From Amoebidium appalachense (lineage: Eukaryota; Protista; Ichthyosporea), in NCBI GenBank assembly GCA_963693365.1, contig CAVNZM010000010.1, forward strand, positions 2,480,001 through 2,544,000: a DNA stretch of 64,000 bases, given 5' to 3'. Made by a program: the position numbers and the translations under genes. Positions 42,410 through 64,000 of this stretch are shown piece after piece (the stretch's first letter is position 1; the number at the start of each line of letters is the position of its first letter). Below the pieces are notes generated by a model. The model did not search any database. It was not told the origin of the DNA and saw nothing but the letters and a program-made list of their open reading frames with translations.

Positions 42410-42629
42410 AGAGAGAGAGAGAGAGAGAGAGAGAAAAGCTAAGTCTACACGAGAGAGAGAGAGAGAGAGAAAAGCTAAGTCTACACGAGAGAGAGAGAGA
42501 GAGAAAAAAGCTAAGTCTACATGAGAGAGAGAGAGAGAGAGAAAAGCTAAGTCTACGCGAGAGAGAGAGAGAGAGAGAAAAGCTAAGTTTACACGAGAGA
42601 GAGAGAAAGAGAGAAAAGCTAAGTCTACG

Positions 42630-42662
<33 letters not shown>

Positions 42663-42895
42663 CTAAGTCTAGACGAGCTAAGTCTTGACCCAGGCAGGGG
42701 GGGGCACGTGAGGCAGGGGGGGGCAGGTGGGGCAGGTGGGGCAGGGGGGGCAGGAGGGGCAGGGGGGGCACGTGAGGCAGGTGAGGCACGTGAGGCAGGT
42801 GAGGCACGTGAGGCAGGGGGGGGCAGGGGGGGCACGCGAGGCAGGGGGGGGCACGCGAGGCAGGGGGGGCAGGGGGGGCAGGGGGGGGGGGGGGT
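42410..42895. repeat. Minisatellite (GA)n-AAAGCTAAGTCTAC x7 followed by GGCACGTGAGGCAG / GGGGGGCA units
   Basis: Visible tandem units. Confidence 0.88.
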
Positions 42896-43158
42896 TCCAA
42901 AAACAGGGATCTGTATATACTTCACGGGGGTTTACATTAGCATACAATACGGGTATAACAATTCCCAACCCACATATTCTGATCAGCATCAATAATCTAA
43001 ATTCGAGCATACAAATTCCTTAAGGTGAGTGTCGATTTTTTCTATATACAGGTCATTCATCCTCGGTATGATCGGATTGTACATTCATATTTGGACTGAA
43101 AAGAAGAGAGGGACGAGATGTGTTACGGTACACAACCAGAGATACACCATTGTCGTCA

Positions 43159-45604
43159 TCACCACGGGAGATAAGCTGATTCGTCGAAAATCACGTCACG
43201 GAAGAGGCCGACACGATGGGTGGTGGAGTTGAAGATCCGGTGGCAGTGTGATTGAAGATCATAGCCAATACACATGCCGAGTTTGACCGTGGGGGCCAGC
43301 TTGTTCCGTTTGGAGGCTGGCACGTGAGTGTAGGCAGGGCAACCAAACACTTTGAGCTCGGAGATGTCGGGCTTGACGCCGTAGAAAACCTCGAACGGAG
43401 TACGACCGTTGGCAGCCGTGGACGGGGTGACGTTGATGATGTAGGCAGCATGTTGGAGGGCCTCAGCCCACAGTTTGGGGGACAGAGACTAATCTCAGAC
43501 TTGATGGAGGAGGCAACGAACAATCTCTTGGAGGAACCGCATACGACGTTCAACATAGCCGTTCAGTTGAGGGCAGTCCACCGGAGCATAACTGGCCTTG
43601 ATGCCCTGCCAGTGGGAGATGCAAAAAGCACGGGTAGCCTGGGAGTTGAACTCAGAGCCGGAGTCGAAGTGGTAGACACCAACTTTGGAGGGGGCATGTG
43701 TAGCTACGAGGTTGGTGTGAGCTGTGATAATGTCCAGGGTGGTTGTACGGTCGGCCATCGGGTAGATCTTGACGAGTCCGGAGGCACGGCAGACAGTGAC
43801 GAGAGCAACCTTGGAGCCTCCGTACGATGTCGTGGTAGGCTCAAAAAAAATCCCAATGCCATTCATGGCCGGGGATGGTGGAGTGAGGACGGTCACCCTT
43901 GAACGGGGCCTTGGTAGTTTTACCCATGATGCAGCCATGACAATTAGGAACATCACAGTCGAGGACAGACAAGGGGAGGCCGATAACAAGGTCGTGTTTC
44001 ACCATTTCCTTGATGCTGGTCATAGCACGGTGCCCCAGACGATGGTGCCAGATGGACGGGTTAACACTGGTAGTGGCAGCCAGAGCCACAGGACGAGTGG
44101 GTGGTTGAATCGTGTAGTCCGTGAAGTAATACAGACCGTTGTGTAGACGGAGGTTGACGAGGTGACGGCCTGTGAGTCGGTCGAAGAGGAATGATGGAGT
44201 GGAGGCATCATTCAAATCACCCTTGATGTATTCGGCAGCAGCTTGGGATGTTGAGATGAGGAAGGCTTGGCCAGACGGGGTGTAGTAGGCCTCAATGGTA
44301 AGGGTGGCAGTGCCATGGTCGGTGGTGGTGTTGATGACGATATGGCCGGTGTGGGTGGCCAAGACGGGGGTCCCGTTGAAGGCAGCAACGGGAGTCGGTG
44401 TCGGGAGGGGAGTGAGATCATGGAAGAACTCACGGGTGGGGCAGACAGTCATGTTGCACCCGGAATCCCAGGCAGGGTCGGAAGACACGGGGACGGAGCT
44501 AGCATTGTATGCAGAGAAGGCAAAGGAGACGGATTTCTCACTGCCCTGACGGGAACGGTTGTGTCTGGACATACGGCATTTCGGTTCGGGGCAATCGATG
44601 ATCTTGTGATCAGGCTCGTGGCAGTAGGAGCATTCATTCGCTGACGGGATGCTAGAACGAGCCAGGGAAGCAGAACGACGGGAACCCGAGAAACGGGAAC
44701 GATTGGGGAACGGGACGTGGACCGGAAGGCAGGCCGGTGGGGGGAACTGGAACGGGTGTGCTGACGGGAGAGACGAGTTCGGAGGTCCGACGAGTCCGTC
44801 CCGGAGGTACGGTCAAGTCGGTGGCGTAAGTCACGGCGGGGAAGATCACGGGGGGGAGCACTGGCATTCAATGCCATGCTGGTCTTGGAGGGACGGTGTG
44901 CACGGTTGTTCCGGAGTTGCATCTTGAGGTCTTGACGTAACTCGATGCCCTTGATGTGGTTGTGCAGGGACTCAAAGTCGGGGAATATCTTATCACCGAA
45001 GTGGTAGTTTTCGATGAGGCGGTTGAACTCAGGGGTGAGGTCGTCTCGGGTGGTGAGTTCATTGAAGAACTTCTCAGCTAGACAAGTGAAGTGAATGGAC
45101 TCATCTTGGAGGGACTGGAGCTGGTTCACGATGGTCTGCAGACGACGCAGGTAGGTGGTGAATGATTCACCGGGCTGGAGAGCACAGGCATCCCACTGAC
45201 GGTGAAGGATGCGGATCTGATCGGGTTTGCCTTGAAGGTAGTGTTGACGGAATTTCCACATGGCCCGTTCAGGGTCCATGCCAATGCGGTACTGGGCGAC
45301 GGTGGTGAGCACGGAAGGGTCGATGTTCTGAATCATATGGAGCAGGAGGCTATTGCGGGCCTCCTTGAGTTCCGCGGCAGTGCCGTAGCCGTAGAAGTAG
45401 AGTTCACCGTCGACCGCGACGGTGGTAGGGGGGACGTACACTGTCAGCAAGCACAACATCCACGAGTCGGACACCTTTGGTGCCGGTCATCATGCCGAGA
45501 AAGATGATTTCCCATTGAAAATAGGTGGCTTTGCTATCGGGGCCAGTCTTCCCTTCACCTTTCCACATGGTTATTTTGTTCACACCAGTTTTGTTTGGAT
45601 CCAT
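43159..45604 (-). pseudogene. Copia gag-protease-integrase with several frameshifts
   Basis: ATG 45604 MDPNK; gag QPGESFTTYLRRL; knuckle CSYCHEPDHKIIDC; protease AWDSGC; WHHRLGH...CHGCIMGKTTKAPF; DSGSEF; PQLNGYVERR; FGCPAY...RDVIFDE. Confidence 0.9.
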
Positions 45605-45666
45605 GATTGAAAAACGATCGCTAGGTCTAGATGTGTGTAGGGAGCGTGCAAAAGGGCTGCATAACC

Positions 45667-46581
45667 TGTAAAATTGTATAAGTATTTGGGACGTAAGCAG
45701 AGACACAGTGGTGCAGTGTGAAAACACCACAAACACACAACAACAAAACACGGAACGATCGGAGCAGTGTACACAACAGACATCAATGTTTAGACACGAC
45801 TGAACTCAATTTATTTCGAATTCCCTTAAGTCAAATCCATACATGATTTCCGACCAGTCGGAAATCAGATCTATGTCTAAAATAACCAATCACAATTAAC
45901 TGATTATTTCCCGGATAGATCCGGAGACACAGGAACGCACACCATAGGTCACAGCTATAAGAAAGTAATGAGGTGAAAAGTAACGAGGAAAGAGGTGATG
46001 TTTATAACCTATCACCGGCTACAAAGACTCAGACATTTTCTGACTGAGTCTACTGATTGGATATAGTACGGCAACACACAAAACAAAAGTGGTTGACTAA
46101 GCTATGAATCATACCTGACAAGCTAAAGTGTAACCTAAGCGTTTTTCTACCAATCAAAACATAACGAGTAATATAAATCTACTCAACGTATATTAGTGAG
46201 AAAGAAATATATTTATGTGAAAGAAAACAAAGGAGAAAAGAAAGAGAAAAGAAAGAAGAAGAAGGAGGAAAAAGAAAAGAAAGCAGGACAGAAAACACGA
46301 ACATGAAAACACAGTTGTAACCGAAGATATTCATGTACACATAAATATGTACACGTTTCTCCCTCACTGGGTAGACTCGTGTACCTATAATCAGTTGCTG
46401 TAATCGATATCTAAACACACGAATATAGCCGACACAACACGATTACAAGTACTCAAACACACTGGAGATCGATGTCATAATTTACGTACAAGGAGCACTA
46501 TCTTTTTCACTAAGTAAATGAATGAAAACACAACACGAACTGAGAAGATCTTACAATATGTAAATACTACGTATTACAACA
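45667..46581 (-). repeat. 5' LTR of copia-2 (~915 bp)
   Basis: TGTTGTAATACG...TTTTACA directly followed by the PBS. Confidence 0.8.
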
Positions 46582-46582
46582 G

Positions 46583-47381
46583 GCTCGGGGCCCAAAGAGA
46601 GCACTGTCGTTTGAGAACGCAATCCTGCTGGTGCTTGTGAGACTGCGGCACAATTTCCCGTTTCACCACATGGCCTTCCTGTTTAACATAGGTTAAAAGA
46701 CAACACGAAAAACGTTTTGGCGGGGCTTGTATTTGCTAAATGCATGTTCGAACACCCTCTTTTGGATCCACTACAAAACGGTGCATTTACTGCAGCCGCC
46801 GTAACTGCAAACGCCCTGCCTTGTTTCAAGCAAAACTATCCCCATGTCGCTATGATTTTGGACTGCACGGAATTCTTTATTCAGGTGGCTAGTAACACTG
46901 AGCTCCAAAAGCTTACATACTCCAGATATAAAGGACACAACACTGTAAAAGTTTTAGTTGTCATGCTTCCCTCTGGTGAAATATTCTATGTATCATCGTG
47001 TTATCCAGGTAGAATAAGTGACCCGGTCTTATTACTGATGTGTCGGGCATAATAAAAAAATGCTGGCCTGGTGCACAGGTTATGGCAGACAAGGGTTTCC
47101 TCATAGAAGATCTTCTCAAACAAGCAAATATGCACCTTGTTATCCCTCCCTTCCTTGCAAAGGGAACAATCTTCTCACAGGAGGAGCTGGCCTCCACCCG
47201 TGATATTGCCGCTGTGCAGATTCATATTGAGCGGGCTATTGGGCGGGCGAAGGAGAACAAGATCCTCACGGATACTGTTCCCATCACCATGGTGCCCAAT
47301 CACTCCCAGGTTGTCCGAGTTTGCTTTGGGCTTACACGCTTCCAAGGCAAACTCGTGCACTGGGAGGAAGAAGCCCCATAA
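46583..47381 (+). pseudogene. ISL2EU/Harbinger-like DDE transposase remnant
   Basis: RGPKRALSFENAILLVLVRLRHNFPF (HTH), ILDCTEFFIQ, YSRYKGHNTVK, YPGRISD, MADKGF, IPPFL, IHIERAIGR; internal stop and frameshifts; 5' end cut by copia-2. Confidence 0.85.
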
Positions 47382-48429
47382 TAAAGCTAATTGTTTTTGT
47401 CCCCTCCAGCCCCCCCCCCCCCCCCCCCCCCTCCCCGTCCCCTCCCCCCTTCCCCCCCCCCCCCCCCCCCCTTCAGTTACCCAGTCCCCGTGAAAAAATA
47501 TGTATATATAAAAATACCAACATAAACAAATGGCGTGTGTTTATGTTTTTCACTGAAACGGGGGAAAGGGGGGGGGGGGGGGGGAGGAGGAGGAGGGGGA
47601 GAGGGGGAAGGGGAAAGGAAGCCTTTAGAAAAACACGAGCCCGACAGAGAGGGAAAAAACCGAAACCTTCCTGTCTCTCCCCCCCCCCCCCCCCCCCCTT
47701 CCCCCCCCCTCTCCCCCCCAGGCCCCTCCTCCCGCCTATTCTTCCCACACACAACCACTACACATTCCTGGGTGCGCACGCACGCACGCACGCACGCAAG
47801 CAAGCAAGCACGCACGCACGCACGCACGCACAGACGCAAGACCTTGTCACCTCAGTAGTTGTGGTAACAGCAGACCTTCATTCGTTACAGCACATGGCAT
47901 ACATAACCTAGTGCACAGCACTGCCTAGTTGCAATTTTCATTACATTTATACAGAACACAAACACCATTTATTATCCTTAACCGGTTATGGTTACCATAT
48001 AGCACTACTACTAGCGTTACTAATTTATAAAAGAGACTTATCACTTTACATCGATCTACCTTTTCTTTCGAGCGAGTACAGATGCCTTTGCGGCCCGGGC
48101 CTCTCTGGCATACACATCATTTATATTATCTATAAATTTCATCAACGATTTAACATTATCTGCATTCACGGCCACATTTAGCATTCAGCAATGGATTCTC
48201 GCGCAAGAAAATATATCACACCCTACTTTCTTTCTCTTAAACTTGCCACTATCTTTTTGCCCAGACCCCCCTCCACTCTGGCCATCACCGTCAAGATCCA
48301 TTTCACCCTCATCCCCACCCCCGTTCCGTTCCCTGCCATCACCTACCCCACCACCTTCCCCAACCTTTCCTTTTCTTGTAGGCATGTCAGGCTCCCTTCT
48401 TTGAAAAATATACTGCTCGATGGGTTTTA

Positions 48430-48635
48430 TTATATACACCAACCATCTATCACCTTCTTCACCACGCTGTTCTCCTCCTCCAGCTCCAAATGCAGATAGG
48501 CGACATAGAAGTCCGTGGCCATGGGATGGGGCACTAAGCCTCGCAGAAGTACCTTGCGGCCGTCCTTGCAGTAGGAGACCGCCAGGTACTCACTGCACGA
48601 CATTGCCCGCCGCCAACCGCGAACAAAATTCTTGA
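48430..48635 (-). pseudogene. Possible remnant of the accessory SWIM/YqaJ-type ORF of the ISL2EU-like element
   Basis: VLLRGLVPHPMATDFYVAYLHLE...VIDGWCI* resembles the region preceding a SWIM C-x-C; convergent with the transposase. Confidence 0.3.
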
Positions 48636-48749
48636 GGGGGAAGTGCTGCATGATTACCTGCACATGTGTATATAGGTGTCCGCGCAAGCACGTGTGTAGT
48701 GTGGATATTCACAGTGTGTGTAGGGAGAAAGCGCGGGAAAAGGGACGAA

Positions 48750-48793
<44 letters not shown>

Positions 48794-49010
48794 TGTCAGT
48801 CTTTATGTATTCCCAATACCCCCTCCCCATTCTCCCCACCCCCCTCCAACTCCCATTCACCCCCCCTTCCCCTCTCCTTCCTCCCTTCCCCGGGTCCATA
48901 GTCCTCCATCCCTCGGCCTTCATCTCTTCTGTACCCCTTTTCCCCTTTACCCAAGCATCCCAGCCCCCTCTCCTTCCGAACTGCACTGACATATCTATCT
49001 CCTTGCCCCC

Positions 49011-49053
<43 letters not shown>

Positions 49054-49276
49054 AGAAACCATCACTCTTATCTACACCCTCCCCCCCCCTCCACTCCCCT
49101 CTTCATTTTCTTTTCTACCTCTCTCCCCTTCGAGCTTCTTTCCCACACACCTTCCTACCTTCACTCTCCCATCTTTATCCCCCCCCCCCCCCCCCCCCCC
49201 CCTCCCCCTCCTTTTCCGAGCTTCACTCCCTTAACTACTCCCCTTCTTCCCCCCAACCTTCCACCGGGGCTTCTTC

Positions 49277-49317
<41 letters not shown>

Positions 49318-50473
49318 GCTTTACCATCATATCTATGTGTGGAACCATACCCTACCTCATCTGCCCATCAAAGACAAAACAGGCACAGGGGTAGCTCCCA
49401 GTCCATGTTGCCAGAAGTGTATTTCTTTTTTGAACTTTTCAATTATCTTTTCCGTTATTGCTTTTGCCAAGGTAACACTATTGTGTGTGGGCTGTCAGAT
49501 GTGTGCAATAACATAGCTAGTTCATGGCTTTCCTTCGACGTGGTACACTACTAAGGGCCTTGTGAAGAATAGCACTAGCTAATCAATGCCCACCCGCTTG
49601 TCACAAACTAGAGAGCTCGGCAAAAGTGCACCCCTTTTTCTTTTTCTCCGTCAGGCCAACCACTGGTAAAAAATTATCAAACCCCATTTTTTTGCGTTTA
49701 CTTTTCGTGTGATGTGCGAACGCACATTTTGACCCTTGCCCTCCTTCTCGGATCTCGGAGCGATCGCCGCTGTGACGTCATTGTTACTGAACTATTGCGT
49801 GGACACTGCCGGAGGCCCAGCCACATTCGACGGCCTATTGCGTTTTCCAGCGCAGCCAATCAAATGCAGCCCGTGACATATGTACATGCTATAGGCAACA
49901 ATGAGCGCCATCATAGTATATGACACCCCTATTACATATTATGGGTAAGCAGGGGCTAGCATCGGTAGCTCCGAAAGAAAGTTAAAGCACCGGATCACAA
50001 TATCATACTGTGCAGCAAAACCGCGAGACAAATATGACAAATATTTGAGGTATGACGATGACGAATAGCAGAAACGGCCAATCAGGCCAGGTCATGACGT
50101 AAACAACCGGCAACCCAGAGGCGTGATAAGTAACCAATCACAGTAGAGGTGGGGAAAAGAATTACCACCATATCATTGATAAAGACCAAATAAGGCTATA
50201 TGGCTCACACACTGTTACGCAAAAATAGATCTAACCGATTTGATTGGCTTAGCAGGTATCACATGAAAAAATGAATCTTATGAGCATCTCAGGAACATGC
50301 ATATGTGAAACCAGGCCACAAAACAAAAAAGAAAACGTGTTGCAGACAGACGTTCGTGTTTCTCTTCATGACAAATATAGCAGTAGGTGCGGCTTTTATT
50401 CTTGGGAGACAAATAGAGTGCGCTAAAAGGAAATTTTGCTAGTGTAGTAATTGAGCCTGTGATAATCGGCACG

Positions 50474-58491
<8,018 letters not shown>

Positions 58492-58526
58492 TGTGCAGCT
58501 ATGTGTCTGTACCTTTGTGTCTGTGT

Positions 58527-58565
<39 letters not shown>

Positions 58566-58756
58566 GTCGGTGTGTTTGTGCGTGTGGGTGTGTCTGTCTT
58601 TGGGGGGGGGGGGGGGGGGGGGGGGGAGGGGGAGGGGGGGCACATGCGTGTGTCGGTGTGGGTGTTGATGGTGCTTGAGTTTGTAGGTTGACGTATGGTT
58701 TACGGTGTGTGCATGATGTGTGTGTTCTCATTCCAAGTTATCTGCATTTGCTGCAT

Positions 58757-58852
58757 GGTTAAGTGTGCATTTGTGGGTTAAGTGTGCATTTGTAGGTTAA
58801 GTGTGCATTTGTGGATAAAGTGTGCATTTGTGGGTTAAGTGTTCATTTGTGA
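58757..58852 (+). repeat. 19-bp tandem repeat GGTTAAGTGTGCATTTGTG x5
   Basis: Visible tandem units downstream of the oxidoreductase stop. Confidence 0.88.
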
Positions 58853-59409
58853 CTTTTGTGCTGAGTTTTTTTTTGAGGTTTGACATAAGGAGACGACCTC
58901 AAATCGATTTGTGAAAGTTTCCTTCACGATCCTCACTTATGATTAGGAGTGGAAGTTATTAGAGGCTCTAGAGTGGGGCAACGTGTGTACGTATGTGCAT
59001 GTATGTGTATATACCGGACGTACTGCGAAAAAAAAAAAAAAAACACTGCATGTGGTACATGTGTGGATGTCCCTTTTGCTTAACCATTATTTCTCAATAT
59101 TTGTGAATGTTCTGTGTTTTGAATGACACCCCATTGACTAATGCCTTCGTAGTTATGTTGACTTGGTGTCGCCATAGTTTGTGACTTACACAACAGCTGT
59201 ACACAGAGTTAAGGGTTGCACGTATTAGGGTGTGATCGAGAGATGTATAGAGAAAGATTGTTTATCAGTTGGCAGTATATATTTTTATGGATCATATGGG
59301 GACTACGCTCATGCACCAAAGACCTGATATGTAAATAAAAGTGGTCTCAACGGATACGAAAGAGGCCCTTTGGTGATAATCCGTGTGCATTCCGATTTTT
59401 GTATGCTCG

Positions 59410-59455
<46 letters not shown>

Positions 59456-60732
59456 ACACTTTCGCCTACTGAGACCCGATCGAAGCTTAGCTAGGAGTAC
59501 CTCAAATTGAAGGGTGCTGGGTATGATTGAAAACAAGGTAAGCCCCCCCCTCTCCCCCAACACACACACACACACACACCTCCCCTCTCTCCCGGGATTC
59601 CTACCAATTCAGCCACACCACACCCAAACAACTGAAAGATCTGACAACTGGCGCCTCAGTGAGACGATATCATGTCAACTTTCGGCTCATCCTTTTCATG
59701 CCTCCACACAATTAATTACAGCATGATATATCGGGCTGCCCGCAACCCCACCTCACCGCCCAGCAGTGCTGATATGTGTATGTGTGTATGATCGTGCCAG
59801 AGCGCACAACCGAACACTCTCGATAAATTTCTGTACATATTTCACAGTCGTGTACTGAATGAGTCAACAATAAATATTCCTAACTGCTTATCAAAAAGGT
59901 CTGCAATATAAACCCACCGAACAGCATAACAAAGGGAACAACACAGATGTAAGACAAATTTAAAAAGACGGTGCGCCGGTCCCCGATTTGAAGGGGTTTG
60001 GCAAGTTGCACGATACAAACAAGGGCCATACGTTAAGAGACACACACGCTTCAGGTGTCCGTCCCACCTACAAGAAAAGGGGGGTCTTTTCATCGAACAA
60101 CCTACCCCCCCCCCCCCCCCCCCCCCCCCACACGCCCCCCTGCTCCCCCCCAGCCCCGTCCCTAAGCCTGTGTATTATTTACTTTCAAAAGGCGCAGAAC
60201 GAACACATTGAAAGCACTGATGCAAGGTTAAAAAATACGATAAGAATATGAATTTGTCACCCAAGATGGATTTTGGAAACCAAGGGAATAATACGGCAAT
60301 ACGGGTACGTGAATAATGACTACTATAGCACACGAATGCTGAATATTTACGCGCATCGAAATAGCATGCAATGTGAATACCACGTGAAAAGTGAATATTC
60401 GAACACACCACAGCGGTACAGATATGTGGGTAGCAAATACCATAACCATACGAGTACAGGAATAATAGACGACACAGCAATGAAATACGTCAAAATGAAT
60501 ATCACAGCGAGACAAGTATGCGCATAGCATTACTTTTTATCACAACCATACGATTATGCGGTTAACAAACACCACCTTGATACAAATATGTGCGTGTACT
60601 TAATGACTCCAAACAACCAGGAATGCACAACAGCTACGCATCACACAAACACGCACGCACCCAACCACACCCACACCCACACCCACCCACCCACCCACCC
60701 ACCCACCCACACACACAACATCCAACAAGCAA

Positions 60733-61069
60733 CTACTGTGTGCATGAAGTACTTTCCGCACCCATTGCCTCGAGGTGTGCAATCAGTGCATACAGGTCGT
60801 CCTCCTGCTGTGCAAGTAGTCCCTGTATACGCCCTAGCCCGGGCAGCTGGTTGCTAAGCGTCTGGTGCCTGCATGGTACAGGAAATAATATCACATGGTT
60901 AGATATAGCCGAAATTATAGGTGGTGCATAAACTGGGTGCAAAGAGATACGTGGAAACAAGAACTCTCTCCAAGCGCATGTTGTGATAAGTTGCGTGAAC
61001 AATGTTCGGGGGGAAAAAAAACTCTCTGCGCATACATAAGTAATCACGTTTGGTAATGGCAGGTTGAAG

Positions 61070-61110
<41 letters not shown>

Positions 61111-61312
61111 ACCCACCCACCTACCCACCCACTTTCACCCACCCCCCCCCACCGGACAAAATAGATGCAAGTAAGGACCACGCCCATGTGTCTGGACCCC
61201 ATATGCACCTTCGTCCCCTACCACCTTCCACAGACACCCCACACCAACCCACCCAAATACCCACGCACGCACGCACACACACACATACACAACCACACCC
61301 ACCCACCCATGC

Positions 61313-61343
<31 letters not shown>

Positions 61344-61876
61344 ACACAAATACACACACGAACACGCACAGCATTACACACATGCACACGCACACCCACC
61401 CATCCCCCATCCCCCCCCCCCCCCCCCCCCCCCATCCCCCCCCCCCCCCCCCAAAAAAAAAAAACAAAAACAAAAAAAAACACCCACCCACCCACATACA
61501 CACCCCCCCCCCCCCCCCCCCCCGACCACACACACCGCTCTTACCTCCTCATCAATGTTCGTGCCAGCCTCAATGCCTTCCCCACGGGGTCTTCTACCGC
61601 ACTTGGCCCCCCACTAAGGGGGGATAGGGGCATGTTTGTTGCTGTGAAGGGTTGGGTGGCAAAGGTGGCTTCATGTTCCATGTTTCCACTATCAGGTGGG
61701 AGGGCTAGGGTCACTCGGTGGAGGGGTCGGCCTGCATCACCAGATACAGATCTGAGTGCACTGGCTTTGCTGGGTGGAGGCTGTGTGTTTGTGCGTGTGT
61801 GTGTGTGTGTGTGGTGGTGGTGGTGGTGGGGGGGGGGGGGGGGGGGAGGGGGGGGGGGAGGTGTGCGAGTGTGTGT

Positions 61877-61918
<42 letters not shown>

Positions 61919-62731
61919 CGTGGGTGCACGGACGCGGATGTGTGTTTGTGTGCGTGTGTCATTTTTGAGGAGGAGGGGGAGAGGGGGGGGGGGAAAGAGA
62001 GAGAGAGAGAGAGGGGCCGGCAAACGAGTTTGAGTTAGTCTGTGAATTAGCACGTACTGACAGCCCAATACTGCGCCGACATACATACACATGTCAGTGA
62101 TACAGCTAGCTCATATCTTCACCCGGAAGCCAACGTGTAAATCGATTAACAACTGAAGCACACAAGACTCATTGGGGTGTCGTATTGTTGCCCCTCGACC
62201 CCGACTTGACATTTGCGCACGGAACGGTCCTAATGTTGCTAATATCGCACGGCGTGAAATCTTTTGCTTGTATGCATAACACAAAGCCACCAGACCAGCA
62301 ATGCAGCAATGCACCCAAAAATAAACATAGTTTTCAGTGCCACAACAGAAAAGACATGTATATACCTCTAGGGGTGCTTCGCTGGCGGCACGGCCTCTCG
62401 GGGTAGCAATGAATGTGGTGAATGCTGCAATCCCCACCCACATGCAGTCAGTGTGTGTTGGGTGCATCCAAGCATCACATGTGTGCCTGAGCGTAAGAAA
62501 ATCGCTAGTGGTGTAATCCACGTGCTCTTATTAGGTGCCCATCTGTCATCTGTTTTCCTTGCCAGTCATATATGTTTGCATGCATTCGGCCTAAACCAAG
62601 CACCCTTGTATCACACAGAACAGCCCACGTGTAAAGAATTGGGGTTGGTGGGTGGATGGGAACAGAGGAGCGGGGAGGGGATCCCGGGGGGGGGGGGGGG
62701 GGGGGAGGGAGAGGGGGAGGGAGAGGAGAGA

Positions 62732-62792
<61 letters not shown>

Positions 62793-63483
62793 GGAGAGCG
62801 GGGGGAGAGAGAGACGGAGGGAAGGGGGAGATAGGTAGCGATACATGGTGCTAGAGAGAGCACGGTCTATTCTGTCTTTCGTCTTTTTTTTTTTATTGGG
62901 AGGGAGGGATGAGGGGGGGAGGGGAGGAGGGGGGTATCTTACGGCCCAGAGGCTGCCATATATGTGGCGATGATGGCAGGCTGCCTGAGGGCGATGTTAC
63001 GGCTGGCAGGGGGTCTTGGGTGCAGCCGTGGTATGACCGGGATGACGCAACTCGGGGCAGTGCGCTTGGGGAGGAGGGCTGGCCTGGATTGGGCAAAAAA
63101 TGCGGTCAGAAAAAAACTGAAATCAACAGAGACAAGGAAGGTAAAGCTATTTTGTTTTTTTATGTTGAGTTTCGTTTGAATCGGGGCATCGGACAGGGTT
63201 ATAGTGCAATCGGCATAGATAAGCCAAGATAGACGACTGATCAGATAGCTTCACCGGATATCCAACGAGATATACCAAATACGAAATTTCAGCTGTAAGA
63301 CTTCCCAAAATGTACAGCACTTCCAAGAATCCACATTGCACGAAATGGACTGGATAGAAAGACGCTCATGCACGAATCAATAGGTACGTATGAAGGCCCA
63401 CACGGGGCACAATACCTATTTAGGTGCATATGGAGGGAGTGAAGATGTGATGGGTGTTTTTTTTCTTTTTTTCTTTTTTTTTC

Positions 63484-63514
<31 letters not shown>

Positions 63515-63566
63515 GGGGGGGTTTCACACCGTCAGGAGCCACTTCGGACTGGTCTGCATCGTCCCC
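60733..63566 (-). CDS. 3' exons of an unknown Ser/Pro-rich protein with a helical C-terminus
   Basis: Candidate exons 63566-63530, 63083-62943, ~61764-61545, 60868-60733 with GTAAGA donors; last two join in phase: ...[16 protein letters not shown]|[36 protein letters not shown]...*. Confidence 0.55.
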
Positions 63567-63802
63567 CTGCAAATCCGAAAATTAGAATACCCCCCCCCCC
63601 TCCCCCCCCCCCCCCCCCCCCCCTCCCTTTTCTTGGGTTTTTAGTGCCACACAAAGAAGTCTAAAAAAATTGCTTTTACACCAGCAGATATATGTGACGG
63701 GCATACACGGGGGTGGCAGGTATACACATACTGGGGGGTTCTCAGGGCTTGTCAGTGGCGTGTGCACGATTAGGATGTAACTCTTTTCTACAGCAACCAC
63801 AT

Positions 63803-63899
<97 letters not shown>

Positions 63900-64000
63900 A
63901 CGCTCTAGAGAGAGAATGGAAGAAGGAGGATGGAGAAAAAGAATCCCGCTACAGAGACAAACACAAAACCAAACATACAAAACACTATGTGAAAATGCCA

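Larger units (their letters stand above)
43150..46581 (-). mobile_element. Ty1/copia element (copia-2), 3'-truncated after integrase
   Basis: 5' LTR 46581-45667, PBS-like GGTTATGCAGCCC (45666-45654), degenerate gag-PR-INT; RT/RH and 3' LTR absent. Confidence 0.9.

Noticed and set aside
42410-42690. CRISPR-like look of AAAGCTAAGTCTAC repeats with variable spacers
   Set aside because: Spacers are only (GA)n of varying length; no unique spacers, no cas genes, eukaryotic context

Overview
Repeat-dense eukaryotic genomic DNA (spliceosomal GT-AG introns packed with (CA/GT)n, (CT/GA)n and long poly-C/poly-G tracts); the organism cannot be named from sequence alone. About half of the window is nested transposons: two related Ty1/copia elements (1-4594 +; ~43150-46581 -), a gag-less chromodomain Ty3/gypsy (5045-10186) and a 1064-bp copia-type TRIM (27839-28902), each inserted in its own copy of one PIF/Harbinger family about 40 bp apart in element coordinates, a three-level nest of LTR family A > chromodomain gypsy B (31580-40797) > an apparently intact Ngaro-type tyrosine-recombinase retrotransposon (32057-37497), a solo Ngaro terminus, solo LTRs and an ISL2EU/Harbinger-like transposase pseudogene. 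Host genes were reconstructed by hand from in-phase splice sites: a 13-exon AIFM2/FSP1-like FAD/NADH oxidoreductase (50474-58491 +), a putative surface protein with C2 + thrombospondin-1 domains (14567-17886 +), 3' exons of a second C2-like gene (25557-26920 -) and 3' exons of an unknown low-complexity protein (60733-63566 -). The most interesting lead is that the ATG-less RT and YR ORFs of the Ngaro element can both be reached in frame from a single splice donor inside gag. All alignments and domain calls were made by eye, without database searches; homopolymer lengths may be unreliable.
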